Source: Nemertoderma westbladi (Eukaryota > Animalia > Xenacoelomorpha). Taken from it: a stretch of 64,000 nt of DNA. The stretch lies in the NCBI GenBank assembly GCA_032718475.1, contig JAUCBJ010009113.1:1-64000 (forward strand). The letters run 5' to 3'. The translations under genes were made by a program, and so were the position numbers. Below, piece after piece: positions 26,071 through 38,181 of the stretch. The stretch's first letter is position 1, and each line of letters begins with the position of its first letter. The notes under the pieces are model-generated. The model was not told where the DNA came from. It worked only from the letters and a program-made list of their open reading frames with translations, and ran no database searches.

Positions 26071-27773
26071 TTATCGTTTTGTGGATCGAGCCCTGCCGCG
26101 TCCTCGAAAACTGCGCACAGGTGACTTTGCTCGCGATATGGGACTCGTGGGGCGAGTCACTGGTTTACTTGGGACGTTGAGAGACGGTGCGACCATTTCC
26201 TCACAAATTCGTCTATTTGGCATCCCAAAACCTCGACCAATTCCTCGTGACCGATCAGTCGTCACTACAGTTGGTAGAACGTCTGGGAACGCGCGAGAAG
26301 TGGACGACGCAGACCCAAGAGTAGCTTGCGCCCCCTGTTGATCAGCTGGTGTATGTCCCGATCCTCCTACTGGTTCTCTTGGAAGTGATACCGTATCCCG
26401 AGTAACTCGAATAGTCGGCTCAACTCCCTTGCGTTCTTCTACATTAATAATTTTCTTTAATTGTTGGCCCACTTTCTGGACCCGTATGATCCTACCCTGT
26501 CCGTCCTCCCGAGGGTGACGTGCAGACGGCGCAACCGGAGTGGCTGATATATTTGTCGCCTCTAGGACCTCCTCTTCCTCGAATACGCTCGCTCGTATAC
26601 GTTTGTGGTAAAACGCGGCTCGGTACGCCCATGCGACGGTTAATCAAGCTCCCTTGTTCCGCTTTTCGGTTCGGAAACGATCGAATTCACCATACGTAAT
26701 CCGATTAACGACTTTCTGAAAATTCCACGTGTTTTTGTTATCCGGGTGAATCTGTAGTAGATACTCGCGCACCACTCGGAATCCGCTGTCGTGGGGCAAA
26801 ATATCGACAACCTCGATAAGTTCGTCATATTGGGGCATAGCGGAGATATATCCTTCCGACATCATCGTTTGAGGATTTACCGCCCAAAATCCGAGATGCG
26901 CTCTCATCGGAAACCGTCTTCTTTGTGCTGATACATGTTCGTCGGCTAAATCTTCCCACTCGTCAAATAATTTCCTCACGAGTTTTACAGATTCGTGTTC
27001 ATAAGGTATGTCCCTTAGTTGGCATTCAGATGCTCGATGTCCCTTTATATTGCAATAAGTACATTGAGCCATAAATCTCCAGCAAGTATAAAAGGTATGA
27101 GACCCTTGATCCCCACACCATCCACAGATTAGCTGAGTCGTAGTAATGTGCTTTCCACTGCACTTTGTCATATGATGTCCAGCGACGCCACATTTACTAC
27201 ACATCGTATTGGCAGGGTACCACACTCGTTCGTATATAAGATCTCCAATCGGTCGAGCGCTTCCTCCCATACTATAATCGTAATCATCTGGGTCTATGGG
27301 TTGGTAGGTTTCTGAAGGTTGTATACAAACTATAGCATCTGTTGCTTCAAGTTGTCGAATCTCCGTCTGAGATTTCTTCGGGAGGTTCCTTTCTATCTCA
27401 AGAAGTTCCTCTAAAGGATCGTCGGCGATCGTAGTAGTTACTTCGAATTCATCACCAAGGTGACCGATAGGCGCGCGCGTCTGCCGTGATTCATCCATAA
27501 TCTCCACGACACGCTCTCCTTCATAGGGCAACAATGCAAACACAGATGGCCCTCCGACAAGAGATCCCGCACAGCGAAGATGCACGTCTCGAAATATGCT
27601 AAATCCTGCTCGAGTAAAGGCATTGCTGTCTTTGCGAGCTTCGCTGTACTTTCTGATAATTCCTTTATACCAAATATAGTGTAGTCTTTTGCTCCAAATC
27701 GTTCGAATGAAGCTGCCGCTTCCTCTTGGATATCATATCCCCATCTCGGCTCTCCTTGTATCCCTTTCTCCAT
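26071..27773 (-). pseudogene. Accessory ORF between pol and the 3' LTR: three CCHC zinc knuckles and an RG-rich tail
   Basis: CSKCGVAGHHMTKC, CGWCGDQGSHTFYTC and CTYCNIKGHRASEC. 26644-27585 continues in frame past a single TGA to 26071; upstream ORF 27438-27773 overlaps in another frame. Confidence 0.75.
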
Positions 27774-30334
27774 AATTAGAGGTGTAGTTACATAATCATT
27801 ACTACTAGAGGGAATACAACAGAGTTTGTGGTTAGTTGTGAGGAGACGTGAGAGTTTCGTCTGCCCTTTGGGCTCGACAACGCTCTAACCTCCTACCCAT
27901 AGCCTAAGATCTAGGGTTTCTTTAATGACACGCTGCTTCTTATCTAAAATTTTTTGCCGAAATAAAAACGAATTTGGGCTAAACTGGCTGTGAGTCTAAA
28001 ATACTCACTTTTGATCCCAAACTATTATCAGAAAATAAGCAGTCAAGAATTAGTAATAAATATAGGGGAGTCTATTTTGACGTAACTTATTGAAACAAGA
28101 CCGTGTAAAATTTAATTAAAATTTTAAGAAAGGCTCGCAAGTCTTCCTCTCTTGTTTCTCTAATTTTAAGTTCCACCCGACTGTACCCTGAAATCTATTC
28201 ACTGGAGAAAATTTTAAAAATTTTTCAAATCCAAATGGATTGTCTAAAATTTCGAAAATGTCTCAATATTGTGAGTTCCAAGTAGAATTCCATTTCTTAT
28301 ACCTACAAATCCCGCTCCTATGTGACACATAAGGGTACCACCCTCAATGTTCACATATAAAGACAATGGAATTCTACCGCTGTCCTTACTACGGTGTACA
28401 GGTACGTGGAAATCTATTTGTAAACTCCTAATTATTTACTAGTATTAGGTGGAGATTTGTAGTCTCCAGACTCGTTACGAGTCTCTTCAAGAAGTACGAG
28501 ACGTTGAGTCGGTCTGTCTACTGTTCGACCGTCAATTGTCCGTACCGTCACAGTTCTTGTCACTCCATCCATAGATGGATGTGTGGCTAAAATTACACCT
28601 GTTATCCAGAAGCGTCTTTTTAGATTCACTTCCGCTAACAGCACGTGATCTCCCGGCTTTAATGCGCGGGTGTTATTGTACCAGTTTGTTCTGGCAGAAA
28701 TAGAGGGCAAATAATGGTTTTGCCATATTTCCCAGAATTTGTTAGAAAGTAGTTGCGTGATTTTCCACGCTTTTCTACCGTAGCTGTCGCTTTCTATTGG
28801 AATAGAAATCGGCGTCAATGTGGTCGGTGCCTGCATAAGCAGGTGTGCCGGTGTTAAAGCGAACTGAGATTGTTTGTCATCGGGTACTAATACTATTGGT
28901 CTAGTATTTAGTATTGCCTCGATTTCAACAAACAATGTTGTCAGTTGGTCGTCTGTCAATATGTGGTTTACTGGAATGACCTTTGCCATTGCCGTCTTTA
29001 TAGATCTAATCAATCTCTCCCAGACTCCGCCTCTCCAAGGACTATCTGGAGGATTAAACTTCCAAACAATCTTGTGAGGTTGTAGTTCGTTCGAGATTTG
29101 ATCATGATCTAGTTTCTTAAAGGCTCTAGCAATCTCATTCCGAGCACCAACAAAGTTTGTCCCTTGGTCTGAGTACAAGCATTTTACTAGTCCGCGTCTA
29201 GCGATAAATCGCCGCAGTGCTAGTATAAACGCGTTGGTGGAAAGATCCATCACACGTTCAATGTGAACTGCCCTACTGGACATACATGTGAAAATCAGTC
29301 CCCAGCGTTTTACTAGTATACGTCCACGTTTCGTATGTATGGGACCAAAGCAATCAATTCCAGTCTCTGTAAAAGGTGGTCTGAATGCTTGAAGTCGTGC
29401 TTGTGGAAGTTCACTCATTTCTTGGGTACCTATTCTAGAGTGTACCTTTTTACAAATAATACACGTACGCGTCACTGAACTTAACGCTTTACTGGGTCTA
29501 ATTAATACAAATCTTGTACGTAAGTAGGAAAGACAGTGGTGTCTTCCAGCGTGTTTCAGATGTAAATGTGCGTCCAGTATCATTGCACGTTGTAGTTCGT
29601 GGTGTTGCGGTATTATTATTGGGTACCTAAAGTTTGTGTTAAAGTCAATGTTTTGAAGCCGAGATTTATGACAAATTAAGCCATTATAAATAATCGGACT
29701 CCAACTCAGTATTGGTGACGACTTGATTGGTTGACCTTGATTTATGGATGTGAATTCGCGCGCGAAATATCGCAGTTGGTAATGGCGAATTAATTTAATC
29801 TCACACCTGTCAATCTCAGCCAATGTAAGTCGACGTGTAAAGTCACGTTTGCCTTTAACGTATTGTACAAAACGTACAATCCACGCTAATTTTCGGCAAG
29901 CGTTTGTCCAAGAATCTGTTAGGTTTACAATCCGGTCGACGTGAGTATTTGTGACGTCATCAGGTAAGTCAATGGAGATTTTGGAAGGTTTTGAATTACT
30001 AGAAGGGCCCATGGGTCCGCCGGTAAGTATTCCCTTGTTGACTGTTGATCCGTCCGGGTCTACAAGTAATTTGTCCTTCTTCGTCTTCTTACCTTGATCG
30101 TCAGTACTTTGTAAGTCGATCGTTAATGGTGGTTTGAACTCTATGGGGTCAGCAGGTTTCGGTAAACTTATTTTCCTGCCGACATTAATCCCAGGTCTCA
30201 CCATAGGTTGCAAGTTTGGTATGTCTCTTGAGCGCAAAGTAACACCTGTATTTACATTAGCGTAGGTACTACCCACATCTGTAATACATGAGGTTTCACC
30301 GTGCTTATGGTTGCTCAAGCGTGTCAAAATTGGT

Positions 30335-30800
30335 AGTTTGTCGATACAAGGCCGCTCCAATAGAGAAACTGCGGCTTTACTGTTTGTCAATACATTACTA
30401 ATGTCCGGTAGAACATTTTGTGATGTTTCTGACAAAATGTCTAGTCGACTGTCTAGTAATGTGTCTGGCGATACGTCTGGTAACGTATCTGGTTGTTTGT
30501 CAATAGAAGGCCGCTCCAATAGAGAAACTGCGGCTTTACTGTTTGTCAATACATTACTAATGTCCGGTAGAACATTTTGTGATGTTTCTGACAAAATGTC
30601 TAGTCGACTGTCTAGTAATGTGTCTGGCGATACGTCTGGTAACGTATCTGTTTGTTTGTCAATAGAAGGCCGCTCCAATAGAGAAACTGCGGCTTTACTG
30701 TTTGTCAGTGTGTTACTAGCGTCTGGTGGAACATTTTGTGACATGTCTGGTTGACCGTCTAGTAACGTGTCTGGTTGACCGTCTGGCGATATGTCTGGTG
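30335..30800 (-). repeat. 159-bp (53-aa) coding tandem repeat, ~2.5-3 copies, in the RNase H-integrase linker
   Basis: GCCGCTCCAA recurs at 30351, 30510 and 30669; peptide LTNSKAAVSLLERP... is repeated. Confidence 0.9.
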
Positions 30801-33800
30801 TAGAAAGGCTCGCAAGTCTTCCTCTCTTGACCTTTGAAGTTATATCTTTCCATTTCGCCTTCGGTTTTTTCTTGAGTTTTGCCGCCGTCGTCCTTTTCTT
30901 TGTCTTCCCCTTTTTTGGTTTCTTGATTTCGGCGTCCTTAGGGATAGTGTTAGATTTGTTGTCGTATAACGGAGGCCAATCTTGCGTCGATTTCTGCAAG
31001 AATTGGGGTCCGTGTTGCCAAAATTCTTTGTTCTCCGGTTTACAGAATTCCTCAGGCATCATTCCTCGCGACGCAATATCAGCTGGGTTTTGTGGTCCGG
31101 GACAATGTCGCCAATCCTCTTTTATTGAACGGTCTAGAATTTCCGCGCGACGGTTAGCTACGAATGTCTTGAATTCGAGTGTGTCGTTGTTTATGTAAAA
31201 TTAAACCAACGTCGCGTCAGTCCAATAAAATATCTGTAAACTCGACTGTAGTTCTGTCTGTATGAGGTTCACGATGGTGGTTGACAGGGTTGCGGCTTGT
31301 AGCTCAGCTCGTGGTGTCGTCATATACTTAGTAGGCATGGTCTTAGCCTTAGAAGTAATGAGCGAAACATCGAACTCGTCTGAGTCTACTTGTCTGCGCA
31401 AGTACGCTGCCACACCAAAACCGTTGTCACTGGCGTCAGAAAAACAGTGTAATTCCAAGTTGTCAGGAAATGTACTTTGTAATGGAAAGTAAACCCTGGG
31501 TATGAAATAATCCTCTAGCGAAGATAATTCCGCCTCCCAGGTCTTCCATAAGTCCACTTGGTCTGATGAGATCGGCTCGTCCCATGTTAGTCCATCCTTC
31601 CATATACTGCGCATATAAATGCGGGCTTGCAGTATCACTGGACTGATGAATCCTAACGGATCGAACAATCGGCTCAATTTTGACAAGCATGATCTCTTTG
31701 TCAGTGTGTTCTCTTGACTGTCCAGTCTCACCTTCACTCGAAAGTTGTCTGTGTTTGGGTCCCAAAAGAGCCCCAACACCTTAGTCGTCGGTAGTGGTTC
31801 GAACTCTAGGTCTATGTCACCACCTCCACGCTCAGTCGTTCCGAATGAGTCTACTAATTCGGCACTGTTTGAGGCGAATTTGGTGAGGTTAAAACCTCCG
31901 CCCGCTAAGCAGTCCCGTAATTGATGTGCTACTGTTGTAGCACGTTCTACTGTGTCGCAACTCTGTAAACCGTCATCGACGTAAAAGTCACGTTCTACGA
32001 TTTTAATTATCTCTGGGTCATATAGATGTTTCTGATCCCTAGCGGCCTGCTTTAGGGCGTACATCGTGCAATTTGGGCTGTCTCTGGCACCGAAAACGCG
32101 AACTTGCATTTGGTAAGTCGCCGGTGGTAAACTTAAGTCTCCTTCCGGGTACCAGAGGAACCGCAAACTGTCTCTGTCTCGCTCTAACGCTCTCACTTGG
32201 TGAAACATCGCTTCAACGTCACAAGTAAAAGCTACTTGACGCTGACGGAAGCGCATAATCACCCCCATAAGATAATTATTCATGTTTGGTCCATCCATCA
32301 ACTCACTATTGAGGGACATTCCCTCAAATAGAGCCGCACAATCATTGACTACGCGTACTTTATCTGGTTTGTCGGGGTGTCTCACATAGTGATGTGGCAA
32401 GTAATATGTTTGGTCAGTCACTATCTCCGGGTTAGTCATTCGGATAGCGTATCCTTTTGTCAAATACGTCTCCATCTGAGTGTTGTACTGCAGATGGGCT
32501 TTCTCGTCCTTTAATAGACGTTGCCGTATTGAATGTAGACGTCTTAAAGCCAGTGGGTAGTTGTTTATAAGTTTAGGACTTTGGCTACGCCATAACATCC
32601 CTACCTCATAATGTCCGTCTTTCGTCTGGTGGATAGTATCTTCCATGATCTTCAGAGATTGTTTCTCCTGTTCCGACATACAAGGTTCGTAGCTACCAGG
32701 TTCAGCTGTATCTTGTTCTAACCACCTGATAGTCTTCTCCGTTAATTCTTTGTCCAAAGCGGCTTGTTCCATTTGATGATTTCTCAACACGTCATCATCG
32801 ATATCGACGGGCACTGTTGAGGTTATTGGGGTAGGTAGACTCGCAAGCCTATCATGTGTCGTCGATGGAATCTCTAGCTGACTTGTCTTCTCCCCAAGTT
32901 CTAAACTCACCTGGTGGGTTAGCTGCTCCTTGTGACTTATCATACTAGTTACACGTCTGTCATGTTTTGTCGACTGTAGTGTAGTATGGTTCACGTCGTG
33001 TGAAAAGGAATGAATTGAATTTGTAGTTAATAAACTACATGTACTTTGTACATCGTCTTCCTCGTCACTTACGTCTAGTGTGCGCACAGGCGCTCGAGTA
33101 TACCACCCTATCGGCGTTCTGCAGGCGTATGCGTTTCCCGCTACAACTGCCGATGGTCTGGTTTCCCACACCTGATGTAGGTTGAATTGGTCTGTCCCGA
33201 TCAGCATGGCTACCGATCTATAATTGACAGGACATTCGGGTACACCTAGGTGTCTGAAATACTTACGGTCCTCTAGAGATTGTTCCGGCACTGGACCTAG
33301 TAGATTACTAAAGTCCTTCGTGGCCGCAAAGGTTAGATCTTTAAAGGGCAACAAAGACCTCTCCCTCTCGCTGTGCTGCGATTTCGGAAGAAGAGAGTCT
33401 AAGTCCAACTTAACTCGTGTCACTGGTATTGCACGCTGTCCGTGCATACTACTTACGGTATAACTGACGTGCTTACCTTGTTTAAGATCCGTCACTACGT
33501 CAGCTATCTTTTCATCCACGTAGCTATGAGATGAGGCTGAATCTAGAATAGCGTAGATTCTTTTACTCCCATTTGTGCCGGTAATCTTAATCGGAATTAC
33601 ACTGAATCCCTTCAGTTGGTCAGTAGTCAGAAGCGCGATCGACGGTTGTTCGTCTCCATTGGAATATTCGTCGTCGTCTTCTAACTCTTCATCCGACGAT
33701 CCGGATTGTTCTGAGAAGCAATCCTCAATATGGGTCACGAAGGTTGGAGTCGTTTTCGATTCTCGCCTTTTGTAGGCCGCATCACATCTCGCTGCTGCTT

Positions 33801-36124
33801 CCGGGTGTTCCCTGGCGAAGCGTTTCGTCGGCGTGTGGCTGTCTGTATGGAGCAGACCGTCATGGTTGCGTCCACAGGATGGACAAGTGTCGGTATTTGG
33901 GCAATCTTTACGGACGTGTCCGTGTCGCGTACACCGCCAACAAGAGTCCAGTGGCCGTATTTGCAGCCGTCGTTCTTCCGAGTTCAACTCGCGAAATTGT
34001 CGACAACCTCGTAACTTGTGACCGATATACCGCTTGCCTAAATGCTCGCAGTATTGGCAGCCGCTGAAGTCGGTACTAAGTTGTTGTCTCGTCTGTTTTG
34101 TCCCAATGGGCGCAGATACCCTACTACCGTCCGAGAATTGTCGTGATTCCGTCGGTGTGGTGTAAGTGGCCGTCTTAGTGGATGTTGTCTGGGGTTTTTG
34201 TCGGTTGGAGGATGGCAATGTGATCCCTTCTGCCACGATGTGCTGGTCAGTGTAGTTAGATCGAGTTTCTACTACTGCCTCCCTGGATATTAAAAGGTAC
34301 ACATCTTCTAATTTTAAGAATCCTCCCCGCTCTTCTCGCTGGTATTCGACCTTTCTCCACTCCCGACGAAGTCGATGGTGGAGTCGTCCTATGATCTTTA
34401 ATAGGACTGTAGGGGTATTCCCGTAATCAAGTTGTCCAATGGATCTTAAGGTAGTGATAGCGTTCTTGATCTCGTCAGCTAGTTTTAATAAGTCGACGGG
34501 TTTAGTGATAGCCCCTCCCTTACAGAGTTCCTCTATTACTGACCTGGCCATACTAACTGTACCTCCGTATATCGAAGTTAAACGATCGTACGCTAGTTCA
34601 AAAGCGTCCGGTACACCGACGAAAGTCTCCGCCAAACGTTTAGGTTCTCCTGACAACGTTTGGAGCAGGTAATCGAACTTCTCCCGTGATGTAAAGGCGC
34701 ACACGGCGATCTGGGATTCGTTATAGTCTACGAAAGTATGCCAGTGTTTTGAGCTACCGGAAAACTTCGGTGGTTGTTGTACCGGCAATCCCTGTCTGGC
34801 TGCGAATTTCGCTATCTCCTCGGCAACGTTCAGAGTTTCGCGTCCTTGGTTGGTACGCTGGTTGATATCCCTTCTTGGCGCTTTTCCCTGATACGATGTG
34901 GGGTTTGAAGGTACCGGTCTTTGTGGTTCCTTCGGGTGTCTATTGTGTTCGAATTCGGAATTTCTCGAACTGTCGGTGTAACCTTCCTCCAGACGTTCCT
35001 CGATCTGAGCCAACTTATTGACAACTGGTCGCAGAATGTCGGCGAACTGTTGTGTACTAATTGCGTCCGTTGGTTGTAACGCCTTCTGTGTTGGTGTATT
35101 CTGTGGAGGATTGTCTGCAAAGGAGTTGTCTGAATGCTCGCGTTTATATTCATCGGCCGCCCCTGTTCTAAATACCTCGCGTTTCGGGTAATCCGATTCG
35201 CTCGAAGTACTACTATCATCCGGATATGGTGGTCGACGTGCTCGCGTCCGTTGCGTCGTTCGAATTCTAACGTTCCGTTTCGGAACATCGTCCACTGATC
35301 TCCGTTGTTCGGTAGGCTCACAAGTCTTCCTCGAAGTCGTAGATTGCGATGTAAATTGGTTGAATGGTCGCGTATCCACTGTTCTCCGTTGTTCGGTAGG
35401 CTCACAAGTCTTCCTCGAAGTCGTAGATTGCGATGTAAACTGAACCGGTGGGCGAATGACAGCATTTGAAACAACTGGCCTTGTGGGTCGAAACGTCATT
35501 GGGTAAGCGTAGTGTGTAACGGGTTTAGGTGTCGACGGTGGACTCACCTGTTTAGTCGTCAGTAGTGCAGGTCCAGTCAACAAACTACTACGATCCGTAA
35601 TCGGTGGGTTACTTACCTTGACTTTCGGAATGGGCGACGACGTTGCTCTTGGCGGTGTAAACTCGTCCGGAATAACAAACCTGTGTTCCGTCGCACCATG
35701 GATAGGAGAAATGTTACTACTACCCGCAATCGAAACAGGTTCCTTAGTCGTAACTGGTGCAAACATATGAGTTACCTGTGGGAATCGTTGACACAAGTCC
35801 TTTACTAATTGTCGTTCCCGTCCGGGTGCTCCCACGCTTCCTTCCTTCTTCCGTTCCTGAATTTGGCGATGTCTTACCTCTATCTGGTCCAAGTCATGTC
35901 CGTCTCGAGATCTCATTGATCGATCGCGGGCTAGAAGATCCAGATTTTCCTTGGCTTCGGCTACTTCTCTCGCCTTCTTCTCGAGTTCGAAATGGAGTTT
36001 AGCTGTCTTCTCTCGTTGTTCCGTTTGTTGTCGTTGCGCCTCAAACTCCGCTTGTCGTATAGCGGATTGAGCTTTTATTTGCCGTGTTTTCATTTCGGCC
36101 CGTGCTTCCGAAACTAATCTTTCT

Positions 36125-36360
36125 CTCTCTAAATCAGCCGCTGCGTTTCGTCGCTCTAAATCAGCCGCTGCGTTTCGTCGCTCTAAATCAGCCGCTGCGT
36201 TTCGTCGCTCCAAATCAGCCGCTGCCATTTGTCGCTCTAACTCGACCGCTGCGTTTCGTCGCTCCAAATCAGCCGCTGCGTTTTGTCGCTCCAAATCAGC
36301 CGCTGCCATCTGTCGCTCTAACTCGACCGCTGCGTTTCGTTGCGCTAAATCAACCGCTGC
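36125..36360 (-). repeat. 27-bp coding repeat (NAAADLERR) in inner Gag
   Basis: About 9 copies visible in DNA and protein. Confidence 0.9.
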
Positions 36361-38170
36361 TGTTTGTTGGGCGATGTCTACCTCTAACCTTTCTACTTCA
36401 GCTGCTTCTAATTCAGCTTGTTCCTGTAGATGAGAGATTCTCGCTACATTTGCAACGCGCAGCTTCTCTTCCTCTACTGCTGCCTGCATCACTAGAAGTT
36501 GAGCTTGTTCCTCGATTTCTCGTTGTTGTTGGTAGAATTCTTGCTGTTGTCGAGCAACTTCTGACGTGACCATACTTCCCTCGCAGATTTCGCTACGAAT
36601 ACTTACCAGCGATTGATTTAGTATTCCCGGTGCCGATTCGATTTGTGCGAATGAAGTTTCCTTCGTATATTCCGGCACGGTTTCCAAATCACCGACGTCT
36701 TCGCCGCACATGCGTAAGTGGTCCGTCAGGTGTTTCAATTGTCCATCCAGTCGGTACAGTTCCTGTTCTTCCTCGGGTTGTAATAATTCGTCCGAAACTG
36801 ACTCACCTAACAACTGGTCCGCTTGTTCCTGTTGTATCTGTCTAATCGTCGACTTAAACTGAATCAGTTTCTCTCTAGCGATCATTAGTTTCTCGAGGAT
36901 TCTAAGTTGAGTATCCACGTCCTGTCTCTGTCTAGCTAGATCTTGTAGACCAATTAGGTTATCTACGGACTTGTGTACTCTACTTTGTACTCTAACCTGG
37001 AGGGTGTAGAACTCGAATCGAGACATCGGAGCGGTCAACTCGTCTAATGTGCGTTGGCCTTCCCCAATACTCCTGGTTATATGCGCCATATATCCTCCGA
37101 CGCTTCTAACCACACTTTCTGTGCTTCCTGCTGAACTTACCATGTCCGATTCCCTATATCTAGGTTGCGGAACAATTAGAAAGTCCTCGGTCCTGCCGTC
37201 GCCTCGTACTACGGCATCCGGTACTCCCGTTGGATGTACTGGTGACGCACACGGTGTAGGTTCGGTAGGCTCGCGAGTCTTCCCCTGTTGTTCTTCCGCT
37301 GCTGACTTATCTCCGTTGCATGAGTCATAGTCGGTAGGTGTGTTCTTCGTATAGTCTTGTTTGTCACTCATTTCGGTAGTTGTAAGTCAAGTAAAGTGAG
37401 TGTCAAAGTATCGAGTTTACCGTATTTATCTAAACGGTACTAATTACAGTCTTATAAAATTAGCCTACCGGCCGATTTTATAGCAGATGGATAAAATTAG
37501 CCTAAAACGGCCAATTTTACAGCAAATAAATGTCACGGAATAAGTATATAATAAAATTAGCCTAGCGGCCAATTTTATAACAAATAAATCGGATAACGAT
37601 ATGCGTTATCAAAAGGTAAATTAAATACAATAATACGGACTAATTCAGCAACGAACAAAGAAATCATACGGAATGCATAAATACTTGAGACAGTGGAACC
37701 CACAATAATTTTAACTAATACGGTAATGCCTAACTTATTTATGCAACTTTTCGAACTCACCCACTCCAATAATTCTCCAGAAAAACAGATTCCCAGATAC
37801 AAACCGGACGTGAACCTTTCCGTTTTTAACGTTGCGGACGAAACGCGATTTTCCCAACCAAAGTTGTTGAGTTATCTATCTCCCAAACTTGCTAAACACG
37901 GTCTTGCTCCCGTTACAGTCTAGAAATGAGTTCTGAATCCTGAAAAACAAAAGAGTTAGGTTTTACTTTACGAAAAATTTTTGTACCGGTACAATATGGT
38001 ATTTAAACCCTTTTAAACACCGGTATTCAATTCCAAAAATATTTTACACGCGGTTCAAATCAAATTTTATTTCAAAAAATTAGCACTTAGCTAATCAAAT
38101 ACAAAATTTTTACCTCAAAATACAAAATTTTCAAATAACTTTAGTCCTACCGAACCGTAGTTCAGTAAAA

Positions 38171-38180
38171 CATATTCCTA
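38171..38180 (-). promoter_or_regulatory. Atypical primer-binding site of the inner element (TAGGAATATG)
   Basis: 1 nt after the 5' LTR end, no TGG, and exactly complementary to LTR sense segment CATATTCCTA at 39239-39248. Confidence 0.55.
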
Positions 38181-38181
38181 A

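Larger units (their letters stand above)
28432..37371 (-). pseudogene. gag-pol: BEL/Pao Gag-Pol polyprotein (~2980 codons) with one in-frame TAA at 31201-31203
   Basis: Coiled-coil Gag with BEL triple knuckle (CQYC..H..C, CWRCTRHGHVRKDC, CPSCGRNHDGLLH), protease ILDSAS, RT FYVDD, RNase H HCFSDAS...WTD, integrase H-H-C-C, GIDCFGP / SDQGTNF / VWERLIRS, and C-terminal DGVTRTVTVRT. The two ORFs are in frame (DATLV*FYINN..FVANR..NPADIASRG). Confidence 0.95.

Noticed and set aside
31201-31203. Programmed readthrough of the TAA in pol
   Set aside because: It falls mid-RNase H where Leu (TTA) is expected and lacks a readthrough context; a point mutation or sequencing error is more likely.
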